This document shows, one piece after another, positions 21,721 to 32,357 of a stretch of 64,000 nt of DNA; position 1 is the first letter of the stretch; every line of letters starts with the position of its first letter. The translations under genes and the position numbers were made by a program. The notes beneath the pieces are model-generated. The model saw nothing but the letters and a program-made list of their open reading frames with translations. It was not told where the DNA came from and searched no databases. Where the stretch lies: the NCBI GenBank assembly GCA_965218585.1, contig CBDCLE010000024.1, positions 192,001 to 256,000 on the forward strand. Reading direction: 5' to 3'. The DNA is from Terriglobia bacterium. Lineage in GTDB: Bacteria > Acidobacteriota > Terriglobia > 20CM-2-55-15.

Positions 21721-22737
21721 ATGTACCGGCGTCAGTTTCTTAAGGCATCAGCATTGATAGGCGGTGGCCTCGTAGGCACTCCTGTATTCAACACCAACGC
21801 TCAGCAATCCGGTCAAACTGGTACCAGCGAGCAACCCATTCGCATCACCCTGGGTGGGTATGGCCCATCAACGTCAAGTTTCAGCCAGGGATTGAAGCAA
21901 ATCGGCGATCGCCTCGGCGCCAGATTTGGCGACGATGTCGAGATCGAATATCTCTACAATATTCTAGATCTTGGTTATGAGGAAGCAGGCGATCTGACAC
22001 GGCTAGTTGATAATGGTGTGCTCTCGCTCGCGTACTTAACCATGTTCGACGAGATTCCCGCGTTGGAAGTCGCCGCGCTTCCATTTCTGTTTGCAAACAG
22101 CGCCGCAGCAAGGGTTGCGATGGATGGAGCGCTAGGACAGTCAGCAATAGATACTATCGAGGCTGATACGAACTTTCGCGTTTTGGGATTTTTCGAAAAT
22201 GGCTTTCGCCATGTATCCAACAGTGTCAGGCCGGTTCACAGTCCGGTCGACTTGAAAGGCCTCTCAGTTCGCGTTCTTGGTGTGCAAGCCAGAACATTTG
22301 AATTGCTTGGAGCCAACCCGAAGGTCATGCCTCTATCAGCGGTATTCGATGGCCTTCAGTCTGGCGAATTGGATGGTCAGGAAAACCCTTTTGAAAACGT
22401 TGTCAGCTACAACCTCTACCACTCACAGCGTTATTACACTGAGACTTATCATTCGTACTTGTCTCGACCAATTTTCGTTCACCGACCTTCATTTGAAGTC
22501 TGGCCTGATGCACTGCAAATGGAGATGCGCACGGCCGTCAAAGAAGCGGTAACCCTTCAGCGGCAGCTGCATGATCAGGCAGAAATCGATTCTGCCGAGA
22601 TTATTCGTGAGGCTGGTGGGGAAATTGTTACGCTCACGCCGCAGCAACGCCAGGCATTTGTCGATGCCGTTGCGCCTATTTACGCAGACGCTCAGAATCA
22701 ATACGATCGGGTACTGCTGAATCTGGTAGGTCTATAA
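21721..22737 (+). CDS. TRAP transporter substrate-binding protein (DctP), Tat signal
   Basis: RRQFLK, ENGFRHV, DLKGLSVRV, LDGQENP. Confidence 0.92.
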   Translation: MYRRQFLKASALIGGGLVGTPVFNTNAQQSGQTGTSEQPIRITLGGYGPSTSSFSQGLKQIGDRLGARFGDDVEIEYLYNILDLGYEEAGDLTRLVDNGVLSLAYLTMFDEIPALEVAALPFLFANSAAARVAMDGALGQSAIDTIEADTNFRVLGFFENGFRHVSNSVRPVHSPVDLKGLSVRVLGVQARTFELLGANPKVMPLSAVFDGLQSGELDGQENPFENVVSYNLYHSQRYYTETYHSYLSRPIFVHRPSFEVWPDALQMEMRTAVKEAVTLQRQLHDQAEIDSAEIIREAGGEIVTLTPQQRQAFVDAVAPIYADAQNQYDRVLLNLVGL

Positions 22738-22869
22738 TCACCAATTGTCAGTGACTGATCAGCTCTTAAAAGACGTTCGTCCCAAAGACTTCCTGTCATC
22801 ATGTTCAATACGAACTGTGGACCAGAACTGACCTCGGCGGATCTGTTGCGGAGGCAACCGAGTGACTCC

Positions 22870-23006
22870 GAGATTGTCGTTGTCTTGAACTGGCTCGAAG
22901 AACTGAAGGAACGGTGACTGTGCCGTAGAGTCGGTTGTAGCCCTTCCCGCCCTCAACCTCTCAAAAGCCAATCTCAAGTCTTGGTGTCCGGGTGCTGGAC
23001 GGTCAG
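22870..23006 (+). repeat. Junction element copy: EIVVVLNWLEELKER tail + degenerate core
   Basis: Tail 22870-22928; linker resembles 15630-15650; ctcaagtcttg..gctggacggtcag. Confidence 0.7.
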
Positions 23007-23084
23007 GAAAAAACTCGCCGCGACGGGCACTACATTAGTGTTAACACGCCCTAGAGAAGCATTGGGGAGTTTGGGAGGACGACT

Positions 23085-23726
23085 ATGCGCCTGAGTCCAG
23101 TCATCGCGGCAACGTTAAGTCTGTTTATTTCGTGCCCATCCTTCGCGCAAGGCTGGATCGAGTATGCCAGTCAGGAGGATTTCTTCACCGTCAATCTCCC
23201 GGGTGAACCTGAGGTGCAAGACATCACCTACGACACGGAATATTTCATCACCTTGCCGGGGCGTGTCTATAGCCACGAGGATGGCCTGAACCGCTATTCG
23301 GTCACTGTGGTCGATTACACGGACGCCGCAAAAAGACACGCAGAGCGAGTGGTGAGCTGCCGAGCTGCCTTGAGAGATGGGGACAGTTGCCGCGATTACA
23401 CGGCGACTGATCTTCGGGCAGCGATCGACTATGCGACGTGGAATTTCCTTCAAAGAGAGGCTGAGCTGACGCATTTTGTGTACTATATCGCGGACTTGGT
23501 TGAAGGACGTTCTTTGCACCTCACCAACCCCGATGGATCCCGCACCTTCTCCGCAATCAATATGCACGAAAACCGTCTCTATATCCTGGAGGGAACCGTG
23601 CCCGCGGATTCACCACCGCCGTTAGTGTTCCAGCAATCCTTGGGATTCCTCGACCAGGAGGGCAAAAGAATTCGCTATGAGTCGGCCTACTCCAACGGAT
23701 TTCCAGCACCTCCCCGTACCCGATGA
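23085..23726 (+). CDS. Hypothetical secreted protein
   Basis: RBS ggagg, signal peptide, 213 aa. Confidence 0.8.
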   Translation: MRLSPVIAATLSLFISCPSFAQGWIEYASQEDFFTVNLPGEPEVQDITYDTEYFITLPGRVYSHEDGLNRYSVTVVDYTDAAKRHAERVVSCRAALRDGDSCRDYTATDLRAAIDYATWNFLQREAELTHFVYYIADLVEGRSLHLTNPDGSRTFSAINMHENRLYILEGTVPADSPPPLVFQQSLGFLDQEGKRIRYESAYSNGFPAPPRTR

Positions 23727-23794
23727 CGGTCGGCCGAGCGACTCGACGAGAGCGATACTACTGAAACAGTTTCTGTGATGTATGGGAGGTAAGG

Positions 23795-24223
23795 ATGCAG
23801 TTTAAAGTGTTGAGCCTTGCGGCTATTTGTGCGGTTGCCTTAGCCGTGCCGGCTTTGGCGCACCATTCCCACGGCAACTACGACGCATCGACGTGGACGC
23901 TTTATGAGGGGACGGTCAAGGAAGTGCACTTGATCAACCCGCATTCTTGGGTCTATCTCGAAATCACGGACGAAGAAGGTCAGGCCGCAGTGTGGGCTTT
24001 AGAAGCCACCGGTCCCGGCGGTCTCCTACGCAACGAAATCAAGCCCGAAGACGTCAGACCGGGCGACACCATCAGAGTGCGGTGTCATCGGCTCAGGGAC
24101 GGCTCCAACGGCTGTCTTCTGGGGTTTGTGACACCCTTACACGGTGATCTGGCACGCGGCCACGGAATCGAGAAGGAAATGGGACTAGCTAGGCAGACGA
24201 ACGCATTGACGAGGACGCCTTGA
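23795..24223 (+). CDS. DUF6152-like secreted protein
   Basis: ALAHHS, INPHSW, WALE pattern. Confidence 0.75.
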   Translation: MQFKVLSLAAICAVALAVPALAHHSHGNYDASTWTLYEGTVKEVHLINPHSWVYLEITDEEGQAAVWALEATGPGGLLRNEIKPEDVRPGDTIRVRCHRLRDGSNGCLLGFVTPLHGDLARGHGIEKEMGLARQTNALTRTP

Positions 24224-24243
24224 TGCAGATTGGCAGTTGGTGA

Positions 24244-24390
24244 TCGGGGTGGGGAGTGGGGGAGACGGGAATGCTGGAAATAGGCAAGGAAGCCGATATC
24301 TCCATCCTGGATAGAAACCCATTGTTAGACATCAGCCATGTGGGGACTGTGTCCGCTGTGATGACAAATGGAAATTATTATGAAGCGAAC
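24244..24390 (+). pseudogene. C-terminal remnant of an amidohydrolase
   Basis: GMLEIGKEADISILDRNPLLDI..VMTNG. Confidence 0.65.
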
Positions 24391-24562
24391 CTCTTTGGCG
24401 CGCTGCTGACTTTGGGTCCGGCAATTAGTGATCCGGGGCCGGTTTCGAGATCGTGGCGAAATAGGCGAAATAGTTGTTGAAAGCGTACCGCCAGCACTAA
24501 ACGATTACGAAAGACTGAACGCCGCCCGCGCCCACGCTGCCCCACCTTCGCAAGCGAAGAGC

Positions 24563-25222
24563 TTAGACCGCCTCTTTCTTAGTGCCCTGCTGCTTCTTGG
24601 CCCAGTAATCGGGCGCCGCTTTCGATTTCTCGAGCGCCTCGGGGCTTTCGAAGCCAGGAGCCATCGAAGCCGACGAAATGCCAGCCATGACCTGGTGGTG
24701 GTCGATGTTCAGCAACCGTAACCAACTCTGCTGGCCGTACGTGAGACCAATGGCGCAACCCAGCTCCACCATCTCCGGTTCGCTGAAGTGCTTGTACATT
24801 CTTTCCCAGAAAGCATCGCCGGTGTCGATGCGCCAGACAATCGCCTCGGCATAGGCGAGCGCAGCCTTCTGACGGTCGGTGTATTTGGCCGACCTCTCGA
24901 AGTTCATCAAGTCGTCGATCTGACGTTCGTTCACACCTGCCTTCTGGCCTTTGATCGAACGCTGATTGCCGCAAAACTCGCAGACGACGGAACGGGAGAC
25001 ATAGACGCGGCACAATTCCTTAACTGCATGATCGAGAATGCCGTTGCGAAAAATGTTGTGCCAGGAGTCGGCGAAGAACCAGAAACAATCCGGCACATGG
25101 GCCCGAACTGCGCTGCTTTCGGGGCGAGGGGTACCTTCTCTCACACAGCGATCCATTTCCTCGCGCATCTTTGCAGTCATGTCCTCGAGCGCGACATAGC
25201 TGATCCTTTGTTTGTCTGCCAT
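24563..25222 (-). CDS. Carboxymuconolactone decarboxylase/AhpD-like protein
   Basis: KELCRVYVS..CEFC, AALAYAEAI, HFSEPEMVEL. Confidence 0.85.
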   Translation of the reverse strand: MADKQRISYVALEDMTAKMREEMDRCVREGTPRPESSAVRAHVPDCFWFFADSWHNIFRNGILDHAVKELCRVYVSRSVVCEFCGNQRSIKGQKAGVNERQIDDLMNFERSAKYTDRQKAALAYAEAIVWRIDTGDAFWERMYKHFSEPEMVELGCAIGLTYGQQSWLRLLNIDHHQVMAGISSASMAPGFESPEALEKSKAAPDYWAKKQQGTKKEAV

Positions 25223-25368
25223 TGGTGTCCCTCCTACCGTCACGTCGGTTTGTCTGTTCGAACCTGTGCGGATCACCCAGAACCGCCCTGGGAAGAATAG
25301 CCGAGATTATGAGCGTTGTGCAGGTATTTGGTAATCGGTGGGACCGTTGGCCTCATAAAGCCGGGCGT

Positions 25369-26055
25369 TCAGGCCACCGGAGTCAATCCCAATACGATGT
25401 CAAATCGCGCTTCCAGTTCGCCGATCTGCGACTCCGGGATCGGAGCAAAATCGACGATTATGGTTTTGCGTGCCTCCGGATCGGTGACTCGGGCCAAAAG
25501 GTTGTCGCGTTCATTCTGCGGCGCCCCCTTGACGTAACACTGCGTCGTCCACTGTTCGTGGCCTTTCATCTTGACCGCAAAATGGATGTGCGGCGTTCGG
25601 TTTCCATAAGACACCGGCTTGATCGTGCGGAAATAGTATTCGCCCGCGGAACCTGTCAGAAAGCGTCCAAACCCCTGGAAGTTCTGGTCGCGCTCCCCGT
25701 TGGCGTCGCTGTCGCTATGCAGGTAGACTCCGTTGTGATCCACTTGCCAAATTTCAACGACAGCGTTCCTCAACGGGCCACCTGAAGCGTCCAGCAGTCT
25801 CCCTGTCAGGTGGGTCACTTCACCGATCGCAGGTGTGATGCCATCGTTCACCGTCAGCAGGTCATTGTCGGTGTCCAGTGGAAGGCGGTCCGGATAAAAC
25901 GGCCCCTCTCCCTGGGGTGCTGTAAGTGTGAGTTGCTCGGCGAACAGGCCGGGAACGTTGAAGAGGCTGTGCACACTGAGCCCGGCAACTCCGCACGCCA
26001 TGCCTCGAAGAAAAACGCGCCGACTGTCGAGCAGTTTCGATTCATGCATCGTCAT
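25369..26055 (-). CDS. Intradiol ring-cleavage dioxygenase family protein, Tat signal
   Basis: SRRVFL, EGPFYP, VEIWQ..GVY, RTPHIH. Confidence 0.9.
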   Translation of the reverse strand: MTMHESKLLDSRRVFLRGMACGVAGLSVHSLFNVPGLFAEQLTLTAPQGEGPFYPDRLPLDTDNDLLTVNDGITPAIGEVTHLTGRLLDASGGPLRNAVVEIWQVDHNGVYLHSDSDANGERDQNFQGFGRFLTGSAGEYYFRTIKPVSYGNRTPHIHFAVKMKGHEQWTTQCYVKGAPQNERDNLLARVTDPEARKTIIVDFAPIPESQIGELEARFDIVLGLTPVA

Positions 26056-26255
26056 GCTCCTTGGAGCGTAGAGACGCCCGTTTTGATCAGAACTAAATGT
26101 AAGAAAGCTGGTGAAAGTCTATCGACGAATGGAATTGGAAGCAACGAATTCTCGACTTCCAACGTAGGGGATCCAAGCACCGGACCCGGCCATTACCTAA
26201 TCCGCGACATGAATTGAATTAGAATGCACGTGACAAACATCAAGAGGGGGAGCAA

Positions 26256-26684
26256 ATGAAGAGATTCTTGACCAGCTTTTGGACTGCCCGCGTCCTGGTG
26301 ATCCTCGGTTTCCTGCTCGGTTGGAACAGCTTAAGTGCAACAGCGAGGCACATCGGGAACCCTCAGACCTTGCTCGTCGGGGGACTAGAGACGCACAGCT
26401 GGCACCATTTCTTTAGGGAACTTGGGGGCGATTTCGGTGCAATGATTGCCATCCTGGTGATCTTGTTCGCGGCCCAGGGTGTCCGAACGCCGGTCAGCTG
26501 GTGGGTAGTGCTCGTTCTCATGATCGGATTCTACGCGCCCTTCTGGGTCGGCACGCCATTCATGCCCGAACTGGGCGCACCCAGTATGGGAGCCGAAGTG
26601 AATCACCTGATGATGGCCATACCCGCTTTGCTCGGCTGTTTCTTGGCGAAAAGACACTTTCGAGGGGACGCAGCAGGGGTGTAG
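26256..26684 (+). CDS. Hypothetical 4-TM membrane protein
   Basis: RBS; hydrophobic segments with HSWHHFFRE. Confidence 0.75.
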   Translation: MKRFLTSFWTARVLVILGFLLGWNSLSATARHIGNPQTLLVGGLETHSWHHFFRELGGDFGAMIAILVILFAAQGVRTPVSWWVVLVLMIGFYAPFWVGTPFMPELGAPSMGAEVNHLMMAIPALLGCFLAKRHFRGDAAGV

Positions 26685-26880
26685 CTGGTCAGATCCGGGT
26701 GGCGGAGCCAGGTGCTGGGGCAACAGCGACCGTGTTGCGACTCGCCTTCCCAACGCTTATCGGTTGGTCGCTCGTCTTGAGAGGTTGTCATTTATGATTG
26801 CGTTGATGTTTCGAATTCCGACGACTATGTTTATTGGCGCGAACCAATTTGATGCCGGCTTCGCTCGCTCCCAGTCGAGC

Positions 26881-26931
26881 ATTGTCCTGAACTGGTTCGA
26901 GGATCTGAAGGAACGGTTGCCGGTGCCGTAA
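26881..26931 (+). repeat. Kinase-type tail remnant IVLNWFEDLKERLPVP*
   Basis: Its TAA overlaps the next ATG (TAATG). Confidence 0.75.
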
Positions 26932-27914
26932 TGGGCAACTACGTTGTCGATCTGAATGACGTTCGTCGAGCAGCGGCTCGCATTGCCCCTCACGTTCACC
27001 GTACTCCAGTTATCACGAGTAAGACTTTAGACGACCTGGCGGGCCGAAGCTTGTTCTTCAAATGCGAGAACCTGCAACGTTGCGGTGCCTTCAAGGCCCG
27101 GGGCGCGGTGAACGCCGTGCTGTCCCTCGGTGACGATCAAGCCGCACGGGGTGTCGCTGCGGACAGTAGCGGCAATCACGGCCAGGCGCTGGCGTATGCT
27201 GCCAGAATTCGCGGCATTGCGGCACACATAGCGATGCCCAGTAATGCCCCGATCGTCAAGCAACACGCTGTCAGGGGCTATGGCGGACGGGTGTATCTGA
27301 GCGAACCGACCCTCGAAGGACGCGAAGCGACTCTTGCCACAGTACTTGAACAGACCCACGCCACACGCGTTTCCGCCTTCAACGACCCAGCCATCATTGC
27401 CGGGCAGGGAACCGTCGCGCTAGAGCTGTTGGATCAGGTGGACAACCTGGACGCGCTGGTGGTTCCTGTTGGAGGTGGTGGTCTGATTTCGGGGGTTGCG
27501 CTCGCAGCCCGGGGATTGAACCCTCGAGTCCGCATCTTCGCAGCCGAGCCCCACGGCGCGGACGACGCATATCGCTCCAAAGCCGAAGATCGCTACGTTC
27601 CGTCGCTCGATCCACAAACAGTTGCCGACGGACTGTTGGTCAGCCTGGGAGACTTTACCTGGCCGGTGTTACGCGACTTGGTCGAAGCCGTGATCCGTGT
27701 AAGGGATGATGAAATCCTGCGCGCCATGCGGCTACTGTGGGAACGCATGAAACTGGTAGTTGAGCCAAGCGGGGCGACGTCGGTAGCCGCAACTCTATCT
27801 CGGGAGTTCGCCGAGCTCACAGGTCTTGGCCGAGTCGGCGTAGTGCTCAGTGGCGGCAACGTGGACCTCGACAACCTGCCGTTTTCTGATACAACCACGA
27901 ACGATTCCGAATAG
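26931..27914 (+). CDS. PLP-dependent serine racemase / Ser-Thr dehydratase
   Basis: KCENLQRCGAFKARGA, SSGNHGQ, PVGGGGL, SGGNVD. Confidence 0.93.
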   Translation: MGNYVVDLNDVRRAAARIAPHVHRTPVITSKTLDDLAGRSLFFKCENLQRCGAFKARGAVNAVLSLGDDQAARGVAADSSGNHGQALAYAARIRGIAAHIAMPSNAPIVKQHAVRGYGGRVYLSEPTLEGREATLATVLEQTHATRVSAFNDPAIIAGQGTVALELLDQVDNLDALVVPVGGGGLISGVALAARGLNPRVRIFAAEPHGADDAYRSKAEDRYVPSLDPQTVADGLLVSLGDFTWPVLRDLVEAVIRVRDDEILRAMRLLWERMKLVVEPSGATSVAATLSREFAELTGLGRVGVVLSGGNVDLDNLPFSDTTTNDSE

Positions 27915-27980
27915 TTGTCTCGTTGGTAGGGAACTGCCTGTCCAGGCCTCGCACTCGGATCGACATCTCCCTTGAACGAA

Positions 27981-28095
27981 TTGTCGGAAGTTGAGGATTG
28001 GTAAATTACCTGCGGTTTTCAACCGCCGGCAAACCCGTTTATCTTCACCCGAGAAGCTGCTTGCGTATAAATCTCATCTGTAGTTGAATTCACAA
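27981..28095 (+). repeat. Junction element copy: half core + second core + promoter-like block
   Basis: About 115 nt align by eye with 21574-21685, including cttgcgtataaatc(t/c)catctgtagt. Confidence 0.85.
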
Positions 28096-28130
28096 AGATT
28101 TTTGAAGCTCACTTCCGCACGTTAATTACG

Positions 28131-29603
28131 ATGCACGTGATGAAGGAGAAAAACACTTTTTCAGGAATGAAACGGCGGGCAAGAATGAGATTATCCGTCG
28201 CTCTCGGCCGAGCACTTTTGTTGCTTGTGATGTCGACGGGCCTGGGCAACGCCGCCCCGACTCAGAATGCAGGTGAAGCACGGAACGTCGAGTTCGTCGG
28301 GCATCATGACCTTCAGGGTCGTGATTCGCTACAGGTGACGGCCAAAGGGGATGACGCGAACGGCGATTGGGTGTACGTAGGGCATTCGGATAACACCTGG
28401 GACCAGACCGAGGGCTTCAATCCCATCACCAACCAACTGGAATGGAACGGGACTTCGATACTGAACGTCTCCGATCCAGCCAATCCGGAATTGATCTGGC
28501 ACATACCGAATACCGTCAGCGCCAACTCCCGCTCGACTTCAGTCGTGTATGACTACATTTTTGATTCCGATCCGACGGGGAGAGACTATCTGATACGAAA
28601 CTCTCAGGGAGAGGGGTTTGCGAAGTTTCAGATCTTCGATATCACTTCCAGGGACACGAATCCGTCCGAGATTCGCTTGGTTGGGGAGATCACCCGGACA
28701 CCGGAAGATTCCTGCGGGCCGGGGTGCGGCGGTTTGCTAACGGCCGTGCACAAAGGCTGGTGGTCGCCCGAGACCGGCCTGTACTACAGCGCAGCCAACG
28801 AGCCGGGTTTTCGCGACGGAAACCACCTGGTGATTTTCGATCTCGCGGACCCAGCAAACCCGCAGTTCGTCGGAAGGGCCTGGTTGCCGGGGCAGCGAAC
28901 GAGCGAACCCGAGACTTCGAACGGGAACAACTGGCACCATCCGATCGTGGATGAAGAAAACGGCCGGGTCTACGGAGCCTATCTGGGTGGAGGAGATGTG
29001 GTTTCCTTTGACATCGAGGACCCGTCCAATCCGGAGCTGGTCTGGCGTATCGATACCGAGCCACCGGGAAGAGGAACCCACACCGTCGCACCCGTATTCT
29101 ATGATGACGTCCCCAACTTCGGGCCCGATTCCTTGCCGAGGACGTATGCCCTGGTTGCGGATGAAGCCACTGGTCCTGACATAGGGTGTGCCGATCCGGT
29201 TAGAACGAAAGTCTACATGTTCGACATGACTGCCGCCGACGAAACCGGCGTCCCCTACCCGGTGGATACATGGCAGGTTCCGGATGCCGATTTCTGTGAG
29301 AAGGGCGGCCGTTTCGGCCCTCATCAATTTGCTGAGACGATCAATGGAGTGCTTAACAGATTCGAAGACAAGATCGCTTACATTCCCTATTTCAATGCGG
29401 GATTGAGGATCGTCGATGTTTCGGATCCTTACAACATGATCGAAGTCGGCTATTACGTTCCCAGCCCGAATGAGAACTCTCACCCTATCCAACCCGGTCA
29501 GCCGACCGTCATCCAGATCAACGACGTGGCTATCGATCGTCTGGGGTTGCTCTATGCGTCCGATAGGGTAGGTGCAGGTCTCTTTGTTCTGAGGCGAGAG
29601 TAG
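28131..29603 (+). CDS. Secreted LVIVD-repeat beta-propeller protein
   Basis: Repeated ILNVSDPANP / VIFDLADPANP / LRIVDVSDP; GRFGPHQ; true start may be downstream. Confidence 0.85.
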   Translation: MHVMKEKNTFSGMKRRARMRLSVALGRALLLLVMSTGLGNAAPTQNAGEARNVEFVGHHDLQGRDSLQVTAKGDDANGDWVYVGHSDNTWDQTEGFNPITNQLEWNGTSILNVSDPANPELIWHIPNTVSANSRSTSVVYDYIFDSDPTGRDYLIRNSQGEGFAKFQIFDITSRDTNPSEIRLVGEITRTPEDSCGPGCGGLLTAVHKGWWSPETGLYYSAANEPGFRDGNHLVIFDLADPANPQFVGRAWLPGQRTSEPETSNGNNWHHPIVDEENGRVYGAYLGGGDVVSFDIEDPSNPELVWRIDTEPPGRGTHTVAPVFYDDVPNFGPDSLPRTYALVADEATGPDIGCADPVRTKVYMFDMTAADETGVPYPVDTWQVPDADFCEKGGRFGPHQFAETINGVLNRFEDKIAYIPYFNAGLRIVDVSDPYNMIEVGYYVPSPNENSHPIQPGQPTVIQINDVAIDRLGLLYASDRVGAGLFVLRRE

Positions 29604-29658
29604 TGCGACACCTCTGCGTCTCTCTAAAATGACGACAAGGTGTGGCCGAAGTTCGTTC

Positions 29659-30702
29659 TCACTGTTGTCTCATCACTTCGACACGCAACGGCGACCACGC
29701 CATGCCATCCGGGCTCTCATGAGCACTCGCCAGAACCCCTGGCTCTGACTCTCCAAGAGAATCCAGATCGAACATGCGGATGGTGCCCTGTCCGGGATCG
29801 CTCACGAAGGCTACGCCATTGTGGATCAACACTCCGAAGTTACCGTCCTGAGGTGTGCCGTCGCGCAATTCCACCTCGGCCAGCATCACGCGTGACGCCA
29901 CGTCGAAGAGGCGTAAGTATTGGGGAACAGGGGGCCCCCCACCGCCGCCGTTGGGCACGATCGCGCGTCCGCCAGGACCGATGTCGACGCGTCCCGCGGA
30001 GCGTCGCGAAGCGACTGTCGCCACAACCTTGAACGACCCAGTGTCGATGACGGAGATAGTCTCCTCCCCTCGGTTCGCAACCCACACTTCTCCGCCGTCG
30101 GGAGTGACGGATATGCCCTCGGCCCCCGTCCCTGTGGGAATTACCAAGGGGGAGCGATCCTCCTCCAAAAAGATGACCGACAGCGTTCCTTCCCCGCCGC
30201 GACTGGTCACATACGCGTGGAGCCCGTCAGGGCTCAGCCGTAACATGTGACCTTCCCGACCCCCGGTCGGATAGGTTCGCACGACTTCCATTCGGTTCAG
30301 GTCTATCAAAGCGATTTCGTCGGAATCCTGCATCGTCGCTAACGCGTGCTGTCCGTCCGGGTGGAAAACGGCCGTGTGAGGGCGCGAGTTCGGACCGAGG
30401 TCGATGCGGCCCATGATGCGTGCGTCCGGTATATCGATCAGAATCACGTGCCTGCCTGGGTTGTTGTTGGGTCCGTACTCGGCGGTCATGGCTAGACGTC
30501 CGTCCGGGGACACCGCCACCTCGTGGGGGATGAGGGGGCCTACCGGTAGACGCGCAGCCTCAACACGGGTTTCAAGATCGATGAGAGAGACGCTTCCGCC
30601 GCTACGGTTGGCCACGACGAGTGTGCCTTCCTGGGCGAGGGCGACGACACACGGTAAGAATAGAATCGCGGAAGCCAGGACCAGGCAGGCTATCGATCGC
30701 AT
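29659..30702 (-). CDS. YVTN/YncE-type beta-propeller protein
   Basis: VVANR..VSLID, PHEVAVSPDG, EGISVTPDG; signal peptide from ATG 30702. Confidence 0.85.
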   Translation of the reverse strand: MRSIACLVLASAILFLPCVVALAQEGTLVVANRSGGSVSLIDLETRVEAARLPVGPLIPHEVAVSPDGRLAMTAEYGPNNNPGRHVILIDIPDARIMGRIDLGPNSRPHTAVFHPDGQHALATMQDSDEIALIDLNRMEVVRTYPTGGREGHMLRLSPDGLHAYVTSRGGEGTLSVIFLEEDRSPLVIPTGTGAEGISVTPDGGEVWVANRGEETISVIDTGSFKVVATVASRRSAGRVDIGPGGRAIVPNGGGGGPPVPQYLRLFDVASRVMLAEVELRDGTPQDGNFGVLIHNGVAFVSDPGQGTIRMFDLDSLGESEPGVLASAHESPDGMAWSPLRVEVMRQQ

Positions 30703-30961
30703 CAATGCGTTCCGAGCTATGCGATGAACCGAGGCAGAGGTGAGGTATGCCGTCCGACAACATTGAGCGGACCGCCCTTTATCTGTCAAAGGGGCTCGAC
30801 TAGGATTGTCCCAAAGGCTGACAACATCGAGAGAATTTGTTACGAATCGGCCTGGCTTTCTTGTCATCGGTGGTCGCCCCTATGATCAACTCGCGTTGAT
30901 ATTACTCCCTCACACCTCCTTCTGTCCAAGTGTGTGATTCGATGCCTGACCATGACTTTCC

Positions 30962-30996
30962 GAGGTCAACTCCCGACAAATCCTGTGGGAAGTTTA
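30962..30996 (+). repeat. Junction core copy
   Basis: gaggtcaactcccgacaaatcctgtgggaagttta vs gaggtcaagtcctgagaaatcatcttgtcggacgttga. Confidence 0.65.
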
Positions 30997-31071
30997 TAGG
31001 GTTGAACGCCGATGTCGGTATATGCGAGCATTTTCCGATGCTCATCCAACGTGACCAAAAGCGGTGCCGCC

Positions 31072-31704
31072 ATGCCCTCTGACCACGATCACTCACACGA
31101 TCAACCCCATGGCTCCGAATTGTCGGATATGCAGATCAGGGTTCGTTCCCTGGAGACGGTTCTCTCGGAGAAGGGCTATATCGATCCGGCGGCGCTGGAT
31201 GCCATCGTCGAAGCTTTCGAAACTCGTATCGGGCCGCACAATGGCGCGCAGGTCGTCGCGCGCGCCTGGAACGATCCCAGGTTCAGGAGCGAACTCCTTG
31301 AGGATGCGACGCGGGCGGTCAATGCTATGGGCAATGTCAGCCCCGTTGGCAGCCATCTCATTGCCATCGAGAACACCGAGAGGACGCACAATATGGTCGT
31401 GTGCACGCTCTGCTCCTGCTATCCATGGGAAGTGCTGGGGCTGCCCCCTGTCTGGTACAAATCGGCGCCGTATCGCTCTCGTGTGGTGGTCGAGCCGAGA
31501 AAAGTCCTGTCGGAATTCGGCGTGACCCTGCCCGTGGAAACAGAAATCCGGGTGTGGGATTCGACCGCTGAAACAAGATTCCTGGTAGTGCCCATGCGAC
31601 CCGCCCGAACCCAAGGCTGGAGTGAGGAACAACTCGCCACCCTTGTCACACGCGACAGCATGGTCGGCACAGGTCTGGCGAAGAACCCGGGCGAGGAATC
31701 GTGA
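31072..31704 (+). CDS. nthA: Nitrile hydratase alpha subunit, cobalt type
   Basis: VCTLCSCY metal-binding motif. Confidence 0.97.
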   Translation: MPSDHDHSHDQPHGSELSDMQIRVRSLETVLSEKGYIDPAALDAIVEAFETRIGPHNGAQVVARAWNDPRFRSELLEDATRAVNAMGNVSPVGSHLIAIENTERTHNMVVCTLCSCYPWEVLGLPPVWYKSAPYRSRVVVEPRKVLSEFGVTLPVETEIRVWDSTAETRFLVVPMRPARTQGWSEEQLATLVTRDSMVGTGLAKNPGEES

Positions 31705-32357
31705 CCAATTCGATCCACGACATGGGCGGCATGCACGGTTTCGGCAGGGTGCGGCCGGAAGTCGATGAGCCGGTATTCCACGAACCTTGGGAAGGCCGCG
31801 TTGATGCCATGCATCGGGCCATGGGGGGGCTCGGCCTGTGGACGATCGATATGGCGCGCGCATCGATGGAGACGCTGAGGCCGACTCTTTATGTCAGTGC
31901 GTCCTACTATCAACGTTGGCTGCTTGGCCTCGAGCGCCGCGTTGTCGAGCACGATCTCGCCTCCGCCGACGAGCTTCGAGCGGGACAGTCGCTAAGGACG
32001 ATCGACAAGCCGAATCGCATCTTCACGCCCGATGACGCGAGCCGCATAACCCGCGGTAACTTCGAACGGGATGCGTCGGACTCGCCCCTGTTCAAGGCCG
32101 GCGACCGCGTCAGGACACGGAACATCAACCCGGAAACTCACACGCGTTTGCCGCGCTACGCGCGGGACAAGGTGGGAGAGGTCGAAGCCGTTCGCGGTTG
32201 CCACGTCTATCCCGACTCGGTCGCCATGGGCGAGGGCGAAGATCCGCAATGGTTGTACACAGTGGTGTTTCCCGGTCAGGTGCTGTGGGGAGAGGATAGC
32301 GATCCATCGGTGAAAGTCTCTATAGAGGCGTTCGAGCCCTACCTGGATTCGGCATGA
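31701..32357 (+). CDS. nthB: Nitrile hydratase beta subunit
   Basis: HDMGGMHGFG, HTRLPRY. Confidence 0.96.
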   Translation: MTNSIHDMGGMHGFGRVRPEVDEPVFHEPWEGRVDAMHRAMGGLGLWTIDMARASMETLRPTLYVSASYYQRWLLGLERRVVEHDLASADELRAGQSLRTIDKPNRIFTPDDASRITRGNFERDASDSPLFKAGDRVRTRNINPETHTRLPRYARDKVGEVEAVRGCHVYPDSVAMGEGEDPQWLYTVVFPGQVLWGEDSDPSVKVSIEAFEPYLDSA

